The notes: generated by a model not told the origin, from the letters alone. DNA of 64,000 nucleotides from Nocardioides sp. (GCF_035503875.1 NZ_DATJTA010000022.1:12607-76606); one strand, 5' to 3'; shown: positions 44,025 through 53,771, counted from the first letter of the stretch. Numbers and translations are program-made.

Positions 44025-44696
44025 TCAGTCGGTGAACACGCAGAACTCGTTCCCCTCCGGATCGGCGAGCACGGTCCAGCGGATCTCCGGGTCGCGCCGC
44101 CGTACGACGGACGCGCCGGCCGCGACGAGCGCGTCGAGGTCGGACGTCGCGACGTCCCAGTGGATCCGGTTCTTCACCGTCTTGGGCTCGGGGACGGGCG
44201 CGAAGACGAGGTACGCGAACGGCGCGCCGTCGATGTCCTCGACCGACCAGGCACCGCCCTCCTCCCCGTCCACTCGAGCGCCGAGGACACCGCCCCACCA
44301 CCGGGCGGTCCGCTCGGGGTCGACGCTGTCGACGACGATCTCGTAGAGCCGCTCGTCGGGCACCTGCTCGCGCTCGAAGACGCACAGCTCACCGCCCTCG
44401 GGGTCACGCAGCACCTGCCAGCGGCGCGAGTCGAGGTCGAGCGCCGTGGCCCCCAGCGCGAGCACGTCGTCCACGCTCGCGGCGTGCAGGTCGAGGTGCA
44501 CGCGCTGCTTGACCGTCACCGGCTCCGGCACCGGGTTCACCCAGACCGTGTGCCGGGGCGTGCGGCCGGTGAGCTGCACGAGCCCGTCTCCCCGCTCGCG
44601 CACCTCTCGACCGAGGACGCCGGCCCAGAACCGGCCGGCCAGCAGCGGGTCGACGGCGTCGACGCAGAGGTCCTGGTACGTCGCGAGGGCGGGCAT
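44025..44696 (-). CDS. VOC/glyoxalase-like two-domain protein
   Basis: 223 aa with two repeated modules ending in ..DPEGNEFCVF / DPEGGELCVF. Confidence 0.75.
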   Translation of the reverse strand: MPALATYQDLCVDAVDPLLAGRFWAGVLGREVRERGDGLVQLTGRTPRHTVWVNPVPEPVTVKQRVHLDLHAASVDDVLALGATALDLDSRRWQVLRDPEGGELCVFEREQVPDERLYEIVVDSVDPERTARWWGGVLGARVDGEEGGAWSVEDIDGAPFAYLVFAPVPEPKTVKNRIHWDVATSDLDALVAAGASVVRRRDPEIRWTVLADPEGNEFCVFTD

Positions 44697-44745
44697 GGCT
44701 CCCGGCTACCCGAGGGCGCACCGCGGAAAACCGCATTGACCTCAA

Positions 44746-46149
44746 GTGCGGTCGAAGTCCTACCGTCGCCGGGTGACCCTGACCGCCCCTGCTCGGCCGC
44801 GCGAGCGGCTGCTCTCCCCGACGTACGCCGCCACGACGATCGGCATGTTCGCGCTGTGCGCGTTCGTGGCGTTCGAGGCGACGGCGGTGACGACGGTGAT
44901 GCCGACGGTCGCCGACCGGCTGGACGGCGTCGGGCTCTACGCGCTGTCCTTCGCCGCTCCCCTGGCCAGCGGAGTCGTCGGCATGGTGGCGGCGGGCGGC
45001 TGGAGCGACCGTCGCGGCCCGGCGGTGCCGCTGGGGATCGCCCTGGTGGTCTTCTCGCTCGGGCTGATCGTCTGCGGGACCGCCCCCACCATGGAGGTGC
45101 TGGTCGCCGGCCGGGTGCTGCAGGGCCTGGGCGGCGGCGCCCTCACCGTCTGCCTGTACGTCGTGGTCGGGCTGGTGTTCCCGGCCACGTTGCAGCCCGC
45201 GATCTTCGCCAGCTTCGCCGCCGCCTGGGTGCTGCCGTCGTTGTTCGGTCCGGCGCTGGCCGCCTTCGTGGCCCACACCGTCGGCTGGCGCTGGGTGTTC
45301 CTCGGCGTGGTCGTGCTCGTGGCGGTCGCCGCCGGACTGATCGCTCCGGCCCTGCGCCGGGTCGAGTTCGCGGCTGCCGACAACACGTTCCCGATGGGCC
45401 GACTGCTGTGGGCGCTCGCGGCGGCGGCCGCCGTACTCGCCTTCGAGCTGCTCGGGTCCCGGCGCGGAGCCCTGCTGGCGCTGGCCGTGATCGCCCTCGT
45501 GGTGATCGCCACCGCGCTGCGTCGGCTGCTGCCGGCGGGTGCCCTGCGGGCGGCACGGGGGTTGCCGGCGGTCGTGGCCACCCGCGGCATGCTCAGCGCC
45601 TCGTTCTTCTGCGCGGAGGCCTACATCGTCTTCGTCCTGCAGGAGCAGTGGGGACAGAGCGCCGGACGGGCCGGCCTCGCGCTGACGATCGTCGGGGTCG
45701 TGTGGGCCGCGGCGAGCCAGGTGCAGTCCCGGCTCGGGTCGCGCGTCTCGGACCGGGCCGCGATGGTCTGGGGCACCGGACTGGTCCTCGGGGGCACCGC
45801 CCTGCTCGCCCTGGTGGTGGCCGCCGACGTGCACCCGGCGCTCGCCGTGGCGTCGTACGTCGTCGCCGGGGCGGGGATGGGCTTCGGCTACCCACGGACC
45901 GGTGTCGCGATGCTCGCCGCGTCCTCCGACGCCGACCGCGGGTTCAACTCCTCGGGCCTCTCGATCGCCGACTCGCTCGGCGGCGCCTTCGCGCTCTCGG
46001 CGTCGGGCATCGTCTACGCGACGGCGGAGCACGCCGGGGTCGGACCGTTCGTCCCCGTCTTCGTGCTCGCCGCCGCGTTCGCGGTGCTCGGCGTCGTCGC
46101 GGCGACCCGCTCGTCGGTGGCGCCTACCGCCGCTTCGGCACCCGGATGA
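44746..46149 (+). CDS. MFS transporter
   Basis: It is 12-14 TM-like and has the MFS loop GGWSDRRGP. The start is uncertain (GTG 44746 or GTG 44773). Confidence 0.8.
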   Translation: MRSKSYRRRVTLTAPARPRERLLSPTYAATTIGMFALCAFVAFEATAVTTVMPTVADRLDGVGLYALSFAAPLASGVVGMVAAGGWSDRRGPAVPLGIALVVFSLGLIVCGTAPTMEVLVAGRVLQGLGGGALTVCLYVVVGLVFPATLQPAIFASFAAAWVLPSLFGPALAAFVAHTVGWRWVFLGVVVLVAVAAGLIAPALRRVEFAAADNTFPMGRLLWALAAAAAVLAFELLGSRRGALLALAVIALVVIATALRRLLPAGALRAARGLPAVVATRGMLSASFFCAEAYIVFVLQEQWGQSAGRAGLALTIVGVVWAAASQVQSRLGSRVSDRAAMVWGTGLVLGGTALLALVVAADVHPALAVASYVVAGAGMGFGYPRTGVAMLAASSDADRGFNSSGLSIADSLGGAFALSASGIVYATAEHAGVGPFVPVFVLAAAFAVLGVVAATRSSVAPTAASAPG

Positions 46150-46609
46150 CGTTGCCGGCGCCGGAGACCCTGACCTTGGTACGGCCCTTGGCGACGACGA
46201 CCTTGTTGCTCGCGCCGCGGACCGCGACGGCGGGGACCCGGGCCAGCCGCGCCACGTTGCCCGCGCCGCGGATCGACAGGGACGACGCGCGGGTGAAGCG
46301 CAGCTTGGCGCTGGAGCCGATCATCCGGACCGCACCCGCGTTGCCGGAGACCCGGACGGTCGTGCCGCTCGCGCGCACGGTCAGTCGCTCGGCCGAGGAG
46401 AGGTTCACCTTGAGGCTGCTGCCCTTGACCGTGACCTTCGAGCAGGCCCCGGTCAGGGTGTAGTTCTCCCCGGTGCCGCTGAGCGTGACCGGCCCGGAGG
46501 AGCAGTCGAGGACGACGGCGGCCGAGGCGGGCACCGGGGTCGCGGTCAGGGAGACGGCCACCAGGGCGACGGCGGACAGGGCGAGCGCGGGGGCGCGGAG
46601 GATCGTCAC
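46124..46609 (-). CDS. Secreted DUF3060-like beta-repeat protein
   Basis: ORF trimmed to GTG 46609 after GGGAGGA. It has a signal peptide, then repeated V.V.GS.N.V / VRVSGNAGAV strands. It lies 17 nt downstream of the sigma factor gene. Confidence 0.65.
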   Translation of the reverse strand: MTILRAPALALSAVALVAVSLTATPVPASAAVVLDCSSGPVTLSGTGENYTLTGACSKVTVKGSSLKVNLSSAERLTVRASGTTVRVSGNAGAVRMIGSSAKLRFTRASSLSIRGAGNVARLARVPAVAVRGASNKVVVAKGRTKVRVSGAGNVIRVPKRR

Positions 46610-46625
46610 GCGTCCTCCCTGCCCG

Positions 46626-47522
46626 CTAGGAGGACTCTTCAAGCGCGATGCCGGCCAGCTTGTCGGGCGCGCGCACGATGTCGACCCGGGTGACCCGGTC
46701 GTCGTCGACGGTCAGCGAGAGCACGGCCGAGACCCGCCCGTCGTCCTCCACGACCGCGAAGCCGGTCGCGCCGTTGACCTCGACGACCACCGACCGCCCC
46801 GTCCCGGCGGCGGTACGGCGCAGGACGCCGAGCACGAAGCGGCCGACCCGGTCCGGCCCGTACACGGGGCGCCGGGCCGAGTTGACCACCCCGCCGCCGT
46901 CGCCGGTGAGCACGATCTCGGGATCCAGCGTCCGCATCAGGGCGTCCAGGTCGCCCCCGGCGGCCGCAGCCGCGAACGCGGCGACGACCCGGTCGTGAGC
47001 GGGCCGGTCGACGTCCACGCGCGGCGTCCGGTCCGCGACGTGGCGGCGGGCCCGGCTGGCGAGCTGGCGGACCGCGTCGGGGGTGCGCCCCACCGCAGTC
47101 GCGACCTCCGGGAAGGGCATCCCGAACAGGTCGTGCAGCACCCACGCGGTCCGCTCCGCCGGGCTGAGCTGCTCGAGGACGACGAGCAGCGCGTAGCGCA
47201 CCGACTCGTCGAGGGTGACCCGTTCGGCGGGGTCGGCCTGCGCCGCCGGTGCGGTCACGATCGGCTCGGGCAGCCAGGGGCCGACGTACTCCTCCCGGCG
47301 GACGCGGGCCGAGCGCAGCACGTCCAGCGCGGCGCGCGAGACCGCGACCGTCGACCAGCCGAGGACGTCGCGGACGGGGTCCCGTCGGTCCGCCTCCACC
47401 AGACGCAACCAGCAGTCCGCGACCACGTCCTCGGCCTCGGCGTGGCTGCCGAGGATCGCGTACGCGACCCGGACCAGCCGCGGGCGCGCGGCGTCGTACT
47501 CCTCGGCGAGGCGGTCGCTCAC
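46626..47522 (-). CDS. ECF sigma factor with C-terminal SnoaL/NTF2-like extension (ECF41/SigJ-like)
   Basis: ORF trimmed to GTG 47522, which overlaps the upstream stop (GTGA). It has region 2 (RLVRVAYAILGSHAEAEDVVADCWLRL) and region 4 (LSPAERTAWVLHDLFGMPFPEVATAVGRTPDAVRQLASRARRHV), then a roughly 120-aa extension. There is no adjacent anti-sigma gene. Confidence 0.85.
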   Translation of the reverse strand: MSDRLAEEYDAARPRLVRVAYAILGSHAEAEDVVADCWLRLVEADRRDPVRDVLGWSTVAVSRAALDVLRSARVRREEYVGPWLPEPIVTAPAAQADPAERVTLDESVRYALLVVLEQLSPAERTAWVLHDLFGMPFPEVATAVGRTPDAVRQLASRARRHVADRTPRVDVDRPAHDRVVAAFAAAAAGGDLDALMRTLDPEIVLTGDGGGVVNSARRPVYGPDRVGRFVLGVLRRTAAGTGRSVVVEVNGATGFAVVEDDGRVSAVLSLTVDDDRVTRVDIVRAPDKLAGIALEESS

Positions 47523-48256
47523 CCGGCCAGCCAGGCGTCGAAGGTGATCCGGCCGCGCGGGCCGTCGGTGCTGGGGCACAGCGAGCCGTCGCGCATCCCG
47601 CGGCCGGCGGCACCGGGGAGGGGCAGCCCGACGACGCGGCGGCCCAGGCCGCGCGCCTTCGAGACCCGTCGCGCGAGGTCGACCATCGCGAGCCGCTCCG
47701 GGCCGGCGAGGTCCGGCACCCGACCCGACGGTCCCGCCTCCGCGAGGTCGACCAGCGCCTCCGCGACCTCGACGGCGGCCACCGGCTGGCTGAGCATCCG
47801 CGGCACGACGGAGAACGGGCCGACGCGGACGAAGCCCAGCGCTTGCTCGGCGAACTCGTGGAACTGCGTCGCCCGCAGGATGCTCCACCCGACCGGGGCC
47901 TCGCGGACCAGGCGCTCCTGGAGCTGCTTGCCGCGGTAATAGCCGGTCGGCACGTCGTCGATCCCCACGATCGACAGCGCGATGTGGTGCCGTACGCCGG
48001 CCTGCTGCTCGGCCGCGACCAGGGTGCGGGTGACAGACCCGAAGAACGCCTCGGCCTCCTCCTGCTTCTGGGTCGGCACGCTGGTGACGTCGACGACGGC
48101 GTCGACCCCGTCCAGGCGCTCCGCCAGCCCGGCACCGGTGGTCAGGTCGACCCCCACCGAGCGGGCCAGCCCGACGACCTCGTGCCCGCGGGCTCGCGCC
48201 ACCTCGACGACGTACTTCCCCACCACTCCGGTGGCTCCGGCGACGGCGATCCTCAT
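47519..48256 (-). CDS. NmrA-like / atypical SDR NAD(P)H-binding protein
   Basis: ORF trimmed to MRIAVAGATGVVGKYVVEVARARGHEV (Rossmann GxxGxxG). Confidence 0.8.
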   Translation of the reverse strand: MRIAVAGATGVVGKYVVEVARARGHEVVGLARSVGVDLTTGAGLAERLDGVDAVVDVTSVPTQKQEEAEAFFGSVTRTLVAAEQQAGVRHHIALSIVGIDDVPTGYYRGKQLQERLVREAPVGWSILRATQFHEFAEQALGFVRVGPFSVVPRMLSQPVAAVEVAEALVDLAEAGPSGRVPDLAGPERLAMVDLARRVSKARGLGRRVVGLPLPGAAGRGMRDGSLCPSTDGPRGRITFDAWLAG

Positions 48257-48284
48257 CGGACGACCTCCGGGTGGGTGGGGGTGT

Positions 48285-48378
48285 GCTGCTTCATCACGGT
48301 ATGCAGGCGAGTCTGCACCTCCCACGGCGTACCCGGCATGGGAACCGCGGGTCCGGCTGCATCCCGTGATGAAGCAGC
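48285..48378. promoter_or_regulatory. 22-bp inverted repeat pair (21/22 complementary) separated by 50 nt in the NmrA-ECF41 / tfoX divergent region
   Basis: GCTGCTTCATCACGGTATGCAG (48285-48306) pairs with CTGCATCCCGTGATGAAGCAGC (48357-48378). The element lies 29-122 nt upstream of the NmrA-like start. Confidence 0.4.
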
Positions 48379-48492
48379 GACGACCACGGCGGCTGGAATG
48401 GTGAATGCGCTCATACCCGGAGGACGAGACAGCCCCGACGACTGTGACACGAGGGCCTACCCGGAGAAGGTGTTCCGCGCCACACTGCCCTC

Positions 48493-48816
48493 ATGGCGTA
48501 CGACGAGCAGCTGGCCGCCCGGGTCCGCGAGACGCTCCAGGGGCACGGCCCGGTCGAGGAGAAGGCGATGTTCGGCGGCCGGGGCTTCCTGGTCGGCGGC
48601 AGCCTCGCGGTCTGCGCGAGCCACGACGGCGGGCTGCTCGTCCGCGTCGACGCCGCCGACCAGGAGGCGCTGCTCGGCGAGCACGTCGTACCGATGGAGA
48701 TGGGCGCGCGCATCTCGCGCACCTGGGTCCGGGTCGCCCCGGGCGACCTCGGGCCGGGCCGGCTCGAGGCGTGGGTCGAGCGTGGGACCGCGACCGCCGA
48801 GGGCCTGGCCCGCTGA
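48493..48816 (+). CDS. TfoX/Sxy N-terminal domain family protein
   Basis: MAYDEQLAARVRETLQGHGPVEEKAMFGGRGFLVGGSLAV is TfoX_N-like. Confidence 0.75.
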   Translation: MAYDEQLAARVRETLQGHGPVEEKAMFGGRGFLVGGSLAVCASHDGGLLVRVDAADQEALLGEHVVPMEMGARISRTWVRVAPGDLGPGRLEAWVERGTATAEGLAR

Positions 48817-48878
48817 GCGCCGAGCCGGCAGTAGGTTCTGCCGACTCGACGCGCAACTTCTGCCGACTCGACAGGTAA

Positions 48879-49529
48879 CTACTGCCGACTCGGGGCGAGG
48901 GTGGGTTCGGTCTTGTCGCGGACCTCGTCCTCGGTGACGCCCGGGGCGAGCTCGACGAGCTGCAGGCCGCCACCCTCGGACGCGGGGGTGACGTCGATGA
49001 CGCAGAGGTCGGTGATGATCCGCTGGACGACGCCGCGGCCGGTGTAGGGCAGCGAGCACTCGTTCACGATCTTGTACGAGCCGTCCTTGGCGACGTGCTC
49101 CATCAGCACGATCACCCGCTTGGCGCCGTGGACCAGGTCCATGGCGCCGCCCATGCCCTTGACCATCTTCCCGGGGATCATCCAGTTCGCGATGTCGCCG
49201 GTGGCCGAGACCTGCATGGCGCCCAGGATGGCGGCGTCGATCTTGCCGCCGCGGATCATCCCGAACGACGTCGCGGAGTCGAAGATCGAGGCGCCGGGGC
49301 GCAGCGTGACGGTCTCCTTGCCGGCGTTGATCAGGTCCGGGTCCTCGTCGCCGTCGAGGGGGTACGCGCCCGTGCCGAGCACGCCGTTCTCCGACTGCAG
49401 CACCAGCTCGACGCCGTCGGCGACGTAGTTGGGGACCAGCGTCGGCAACCCGATGCCGAGGTTGACGTACGACCCGTCCGTCAGCTCCGAGGCCGCCCGC
49501 GCGGCCATCTCCTCACGCGTCCAGCTCAT
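48879..49529 (-). CDS. 3-oxoacid (or 3-oxoadipate) CoA-transferase subunit B
   Basis: This is the tail of ORF 48879..50213, from ATG 49529 ([30 protein letters not shown]). It has the catalytic Glu motif LQSENGVLG. Confidence 0.9.
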   Translation of the reverse strand: MSWTREEMAARAASELTDGSYVNLGIGLPTLVPNYVADGVELVLQSENGVLGTGAYPLDGDEDPDLINAGKETVTLRPGASIFDSATSFGMIRGGKIDAAILGAMQVSATGDIANWMIPGKMVKGMGGAMDLVHGAKRVIVLMEHVAKDGSYKIVNECSLPYTGRGVVQRIITDLCVIDVTPASEGGGLQLVELAPGVTEDEVRDKTEPTLAPSRQ

Positions 49530-50296
49530 CGGGGTCGCACCGTCCTCTTCTCGATCCGCTTGTCGGCTGCCTGCTCTGGGGTCAGCTCGACCACGCGGTG
49601 CACGAACACGCCCGGCGTGTGCACCTGGTTGGGGTCGATCTCGCCGGGCTCGACCAGCTCCTCGACCTCCGCGACCGTGACCCGGCCGCACATCGCGGCC
49701 AGCGGGTTGAAGTTGCGGGCGGAGTCGCGGAAGACCAGGTTGCCGTGGCGGTCGCCCTTCCAGGCCCGGACCAGCCCGAAGTCGGCGACGATCGCGTGCT
49801 CGAGCACGAACTCCTTCGGCCCTTCGGGGGTCTCGAAGACCTGGGTCTGCTTGGCCGGCGAGGAGACGACCACGTTGCCGGCGTCGTCGTACCGCCAGGG
49901 CAGTCCGCCCTCGGCCACCTGGGTGCCGACGCCGGTCGCGGTGAAGAACGCCGGGATGCCCGAGCCGCCGGCCCGCATCCGCTCCGCGAGCGTGCCCTGC
50001 GGAGTCAGCTCGACCTCGAGCTCGCCGGCGAGGTACTGCCGCGCGAACTCCTTGTTCTCCCCGACGTACGACGCCACCATGCGCCGCAGCCGACCGGCCT
50101 CCAGCAGCAGCCCGAGCCCCCAGCCGTCCACGCCGGCGTTGTTCGAGACCGCCTGGAGATCCTTCGTGCCGGCCTCCAGCAGCGCCGCGATCAGCACCGA
50201 CGGGATGCCGCACAGCCCGAAGCCACCGACGGAGATCGTCGCCCCGTCGGGGATGTCCGCGACGGCCTCGGCCGCCGTACCCACCACCTTGTCCAT
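49526..50296 (-). CDS. 3-oxoacid (or 3-oxoadipate) CoA-transferase subunit A
   Basis: Trimmed to [32 protein letters not shown]. The stop overlaps the subunit B start. Confidence 0.9.
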   Translation of the reverse strand: MDKVVGTAAEAVADIPDGATISVGGFGLCGIPSVLIAALLEAGTKDLQAVSNNAGVDGWGLGLLLEAGRLRRMVASYVGENKEFARQYLAGELEVELTPQGTLAERMRAGGSGIPAFFTATGVGTQVAEGGLPWRYDDAGNVVVSSPAKQTQVFETPEGPKEFVLEHAIVADFGLVRAWKGDRHGNLVFRDSARNFNPLAAMCGRVTVAEVEELVEPGEIDPNQVHTPGVFVHRVVELTPEQAADKRIEKRTVRPR

Positions 50297-50399
50297 GTCT
50301 CCCATCACAGCCAGCGGCCCCGCGCGCGTCAACGACCGGCCACCCAGCAGACGGCGATCAGTCGGCACGTGAGAAACGGTCCGCGCTAGCGTTCACTGG

Positions 50400-51161
50400 G
50401 TGAACACCCCCTCGGACGTCGTCGGCCGGGTCGGCGCCGTCCTGCGGGCGGTCTCCGCCCACGAGCCGGACGGTGCGACGACCTCGACCGTCGCCCGCTC
50501 GGCGGGCCTGCCGCGGCCGACGGGACACCGGCTGCTGACCTCGCTGCACGCGCAGGGCCTGGTCGAGCGCGACCCCGCCACCGGTCGCTGGCTGCTCGGC
50601 CCCGAGCTGTTCTTCCTCGGCACCACCGCCGCGCCCCGGTACGACGTCACCGCGCTCGCCCAGCCCTTCGTCCGCCGGCTCGCGCAGGTCACCGGCGAGA
50701 GCGCCTTCTTCTCCGCACGCCGCGGCGACGAGACGATCTGCCTGCTCCGCGAGGACGGCAGTTTCCCGATCCGCAGCCACGTGCTGTCCGCGGGCGTCCG
50801 GTTCCCGCTCGGCGTCGCCTCGGCAGGCATGGTCGTGCTCGGCCACCTCTCCGACCGCGAGGTCGACGCCTACCTCGCGCACACCGACCTCGTGCCGGAG
50901 TTCGGCCCCCGGCACGCGCCCGCGGAGGTGCGGGCGCAGGTGGCCCGCACCCGCGAGCACGGATACGCCGTCAACCCCGGCCTGGTCGTCGAGGGCAGCT
51001 GGGGCATGGGCGCGGCGGTCTTCGACGGGGACGGCCTGCCGCGGTGGGCGCTCAGCCTCACCGGCGTCGCCCACCGGTTCTCCGACGAGCGCCGCCCCGA
51101 GCTCGGCGCGCTGCTGCTCCGCGAGGCCCACGAGCTCGGCCGCGCCCTGATCCACCGTTAG
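50400..51161 (+). CDS. IclR family transcriptional regulator
   Basis: It has an N-terminal wHTH (VGRVGAVLRAVSAHEPDGATTSTVARSAGLPRPTGHRLLTSL) and an IclR effector domain. It is divergent from the CoA-transferase genes. Confidence 0.85.
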   Translation: MNTPSDVVGRVGAVLRAVSAHEPDGATTSTVARSAGLPRPTGHRLLTSLHAQGLVERDPATGRWLLGPELFFLGTTAAPRYDVTALAQPFVRRLAQVTGESAFFSARRGDETICLLREDGSFPIRSHVLSAGVRFPLGVASAGMVVLGHLSDREVDAYLAHTDLVPEFGPRHAPAEVRAQVARTREHGYAVNPGLVVEGSWGMGAAVFDGDGLPRWALSLTGVAHRFSDERRPELGALLLREAHELGRALIHR

Positions 51162-51192
51162 TTCCGGCGCCGATCTGGCTAACCTTCTGGCC

Positions 51193-52203
51193 ATGACGGA
51201 GGCGGCGTGGTCACAGGTGCGCCTGCACGTGGTCACCGGCAAGGGCGGCACCGGCAAGTCGACGGTCGCGGCGGCGCTCGCGCTCGCACTCGCCTCGCAC
51301 GGGCGCAACGTGCTGCTCTGCGAGGTCGAGGGCCGTCAGGGCATCGCCCGGATGTTCGACGTCGACCCGCTCCCGTACGCCGAGCGCCGGATCGCCACCG
51401 GCCTGCCCAGCGATGACGGCGACCAGCACGCGGGCGTCGTCCACGCCCTGCACATCGACCCGGAGTCGGCGCTGCTGGAGTACCTCGCCATGTACTACAA
51501 GCTCGGCCGCGCCGGCCGCGCGCTCGACCGGTTCGGGGTGATCGAGTTCGCCACCACGATCGCGCCCGGCGTACGCGACGTGCTGCTCACCGGCAAGGTC
51601 TTCGAGGCGGTCCAGCGCAACAGCCGCAACCGCGGCGCCCAGCGGTACGACGCCGTCGTGCTCGATGCCCCGCCGACGGGTCGGATCGCGCAGTTCCTCA
51701 ACGTCAGCGGCGAGCTGGCCGGGCTCGCCAAGGTCGGGCCGATCAAGAGCCAGTCCGACACGATGATGACGCTGTTCCGCTCGCCCCGGACCGCCGTGCA
51801 CCTCGTCACGGTCCTGGAGGAGATGCCGGTCCAGGAGACCGTCGACGGCATCGCGGAGCTGCACGCGAACGGGCTGCCGGTCGGCGGGGTCGTCGTCAAC
51901 CGGGTGCGCCCGCGCGACATCGCCGACGCCGACCTGGTGGCGACCCGGTCCGCCGGACTCGACAAGGAGGCACTCCGCGAGGACCTGGAGGCCGCCGGCG
52001 TCGACGCGACCAAGACCCTCGTCGACGGGCTGGCCGCCGAGGCGCGCGACCACGCCGAGCGCCGAGCTCTTGAAGACGCCCAACGCGCCGTGGTGGCGCA
52101 GATCGAGGCGCCGTCGTACGAGCTGCCGCTGCTGGCGGGCGGCATCGACCTGGGCGGCCTCTACGACCTCGCCGCCCGGCTCCGCGAGCAGGGGATGGCC
52201 TGA
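51193..52203 (+). CDS. ArsA/Get3-like P-loop ATPase (Rv3679-like)
   Basis: P-loop VVTGKGGTGKSTVAAALA, with an ArsA-type fold. Confidence 0.85.
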   Translation: MTEAAWSQVRLHVVTGKGGTGKSTVAAALALALASHGRNVLLCEVEGRQGIARMFDVDPLPYAERRIATGLPSDDGDQHAGVVHALHIDPESALLEYLAMYYKLGRAGRALDRFGVIEFATTIAPGVRDVLLTGKVFEAVQRNSRNRGAQRYDAVVLDAPPTGRIAQFLNVSGELAGLAKVGPIKSQSDTMMTLFRSPRTAVHLVTVLEEMPVQETVDGIAELHANGLPVGGVVVNRVRPRDIADADLVATRSAGLDKEALREDLEAAGVDATKTLVDGLAAEARDHAERRALEDAQRAVVAQIEAPSYELPLLAGGIDLGGLYDLAARLREQGMA

Positions 52204-53387
52204 TGGCCGCCGCCCGCCCCGCCCGGCCCCGCGTCGGTCCCCTGGCCGCCCGTCCCGGCGCGGCGCCCTCGCTCGACGTCGACGCGCTCCTGGACGACCG
52301 GACGACCGGGATCATCGTGTGCTGCGGCTCCGGCGGCGTCGGCAAGACCACGACGTCCGCGGCACTGGCGCTCCGGGCCGCCGAGCGCGGCCGCAAGGTC
52401 GTGGTGCTGACCATCGATCCGGCGCGGCGTCTGGCCCAGGCGATGGGCATCCAGCAGCTCGACAACACCCCCCGGCCGGTGACCGGCGTCGACGCGGCGG
52501 CGGGCGGCAGCCTCGACGCGATGATGCTCGACATGAAGCGCACCTTCGACGAGGTGGTCGAGAGCCAGGCCAGCCCGGAGAAGGCGCAGCAGATCCTGGA
52601 GAACCCCTTCTACATCGCCCTGTCGAGCTCGTTCGCCGGCACCCAGGAGTACATGGCGATGGAGAAGCTCGGGCAGATCCACGCGGATGCCCAGCGCGAC
52701 GGCAGCTACGACCTGATCGTCGTCGACACCCCTCCGTCGCGCTCGGCCCTGGACTTCCTGGACGCGCCCGAGCGGCTCTCCAGCTTCCTCGACGGCCGGT
52801 TCATCCGGCTGATGCTGACGCCGGCGAAGGGACCCGCCCGGCTGATGAGCGCCGGCTTCGGGATCGTCACCAACGCGCTGACCAAGGTCCTCGGCGGCCA
52901 GGTGCTGCGCGACGTGCAGACCTTCGTCGCCGCGCTCGACACCGTCTTCGGCGGCTTCCGCGCCCGGGCGCAGAAGACCTACGCGCTGCTCCAGGCCGAC
53001 GGTACGGCGTTCCTCGTCGTCGCCGCGCCCGAGCCCGACGCGCTGCGCGAGGCGGCGTACTTCGTCGAGCGGCTCGGGGAGGACCGGATGCCGCTGGCCG
53101 GACTCGTGGTCAACCGGGCGAGCCCGGCACCCCGCGGTCGGCTCTCCGCCGACGAGGCGATGGCGGCCGCGGCCCGGTTGCGCAAGCGCAACCCGACCTC
53201 GCTGACCGCCGGGCTGCTGCGCCTGCACGCGGACCGCGTCCGCACGACCGAGCGCGAGGCGACCCTGCGGGACCGCTTCGCCGCCGCGCACCCGCACGTC
53301 GCGACCGCCGTCGTGCCGGCGCTGCCGACCGACGTGCACGACCTCAAGGGCCTGCGCCGCGTCGGCGCGCTGCTCGCCAAGGGCTGA
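52203..53387 (+). CDS. ArsA/Get3-like P-loop ATPase (Rv3680-like)
   Basis: The ATG overlaps the upstream TGA (TGATG). P-loop VCCGSGGVGKTTTSAALA, plus DLIVVDTPP. Confidence 0.85.
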   Translation: MAAARPARPRVGPLAARPGAAPSLDVDALLDDRTTGIIVCCGSGGVGKTTTSAALALRAAERGRKVVVLTIDPARRLAQAMGIQQLDNTPRPVTGVDAAAGGSLDAMMLDMKRTFDEVVESQASPEKAQQILENPFYIALSSSFAGTQEYMAMEKLGQIHADAQRDGSYDLIVVDTPPSRSALDFLDAPERLSSFLDGRFIRLMLTPAKGPARLMSAGFGIVTNALTKVLGGQVLRDVQTFVAALDTVFGGFRARAQKTYALLQADGTAFLVVAAPEPDALREAAYFVERLGEDRMPLAGLVVNRASPAPRGRLSADEAMAAAARLRKRNPTSLTAGLLRLHADRVRTTEREATLRDRFAAAHPHVATAVVPALPTDVHDLKGLRRVGALLAKG

Positions 53388-53429
53388 GCAGCATTCGGGC
53401 CGAGCCCGGCGTACGTACGACCGGTGGCG

Positions 53430-53771
53430 TCAGGCGTGGATGACCGGCGTGGTGGCGGACTGCCCGCCCTGCTCGCGCGCCGTCTCCAGCATCGTGCGCC
53501 ACGAGGCGTTCGGCCGTCGGCGCAGCAGCGCGCGGCGCTCCCGCTCCGTCATGCCGCCCCAGACGCCCCACTCGATCTGGTTGTCGAGCGCCTCCGCGAG
53601 ACACTCGGTGCGCACGGGGCAACCCGAGCACAGCTGCTTGGCCTTGTTCTGCTCGGCGCCTCGCACGAACAGCTGGTCCGGCGACGCCGTCCGGCACGCG
53701 GCACGCGGCGTCCAGTCCTCAACCCACATGTTTGATGTCCCCACATCGTCCGAGACAGGTCGCGTCCCCAT
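53430..53771 (-). CDS. whiB: WhiB family Fe-S transcriptional regulator (WhiB4 position)
   Basis: Four Cys (AACR...CSGCPVRTEC), a GVWGG turn and a basic tail. The start could instead be the internal Met before WVEDW. Confidence 0.9.
   Translation of the reverse strand: MGTRPVSDDVGTSNMWVEDWTPRAACRTASPDQLFVRGAEQNKAKQLCSGCPVRTECLAEALDNQIEWGVWGGMTERERRALLRRRPNASWRTMLETAREQGGQSATTPVIHA

Noticed and set aside
44720-44745. Imperfect palindrome CCGCATTGACCTCAAGTGCGG between the VOC and MFS genes, as a possible operator.
   Set aside because: It is only moderately symmetric (about 17/21 by eye), there is no adjacent regulator gene, and no second copy was seen. The evidence is too weak to report as a feature.
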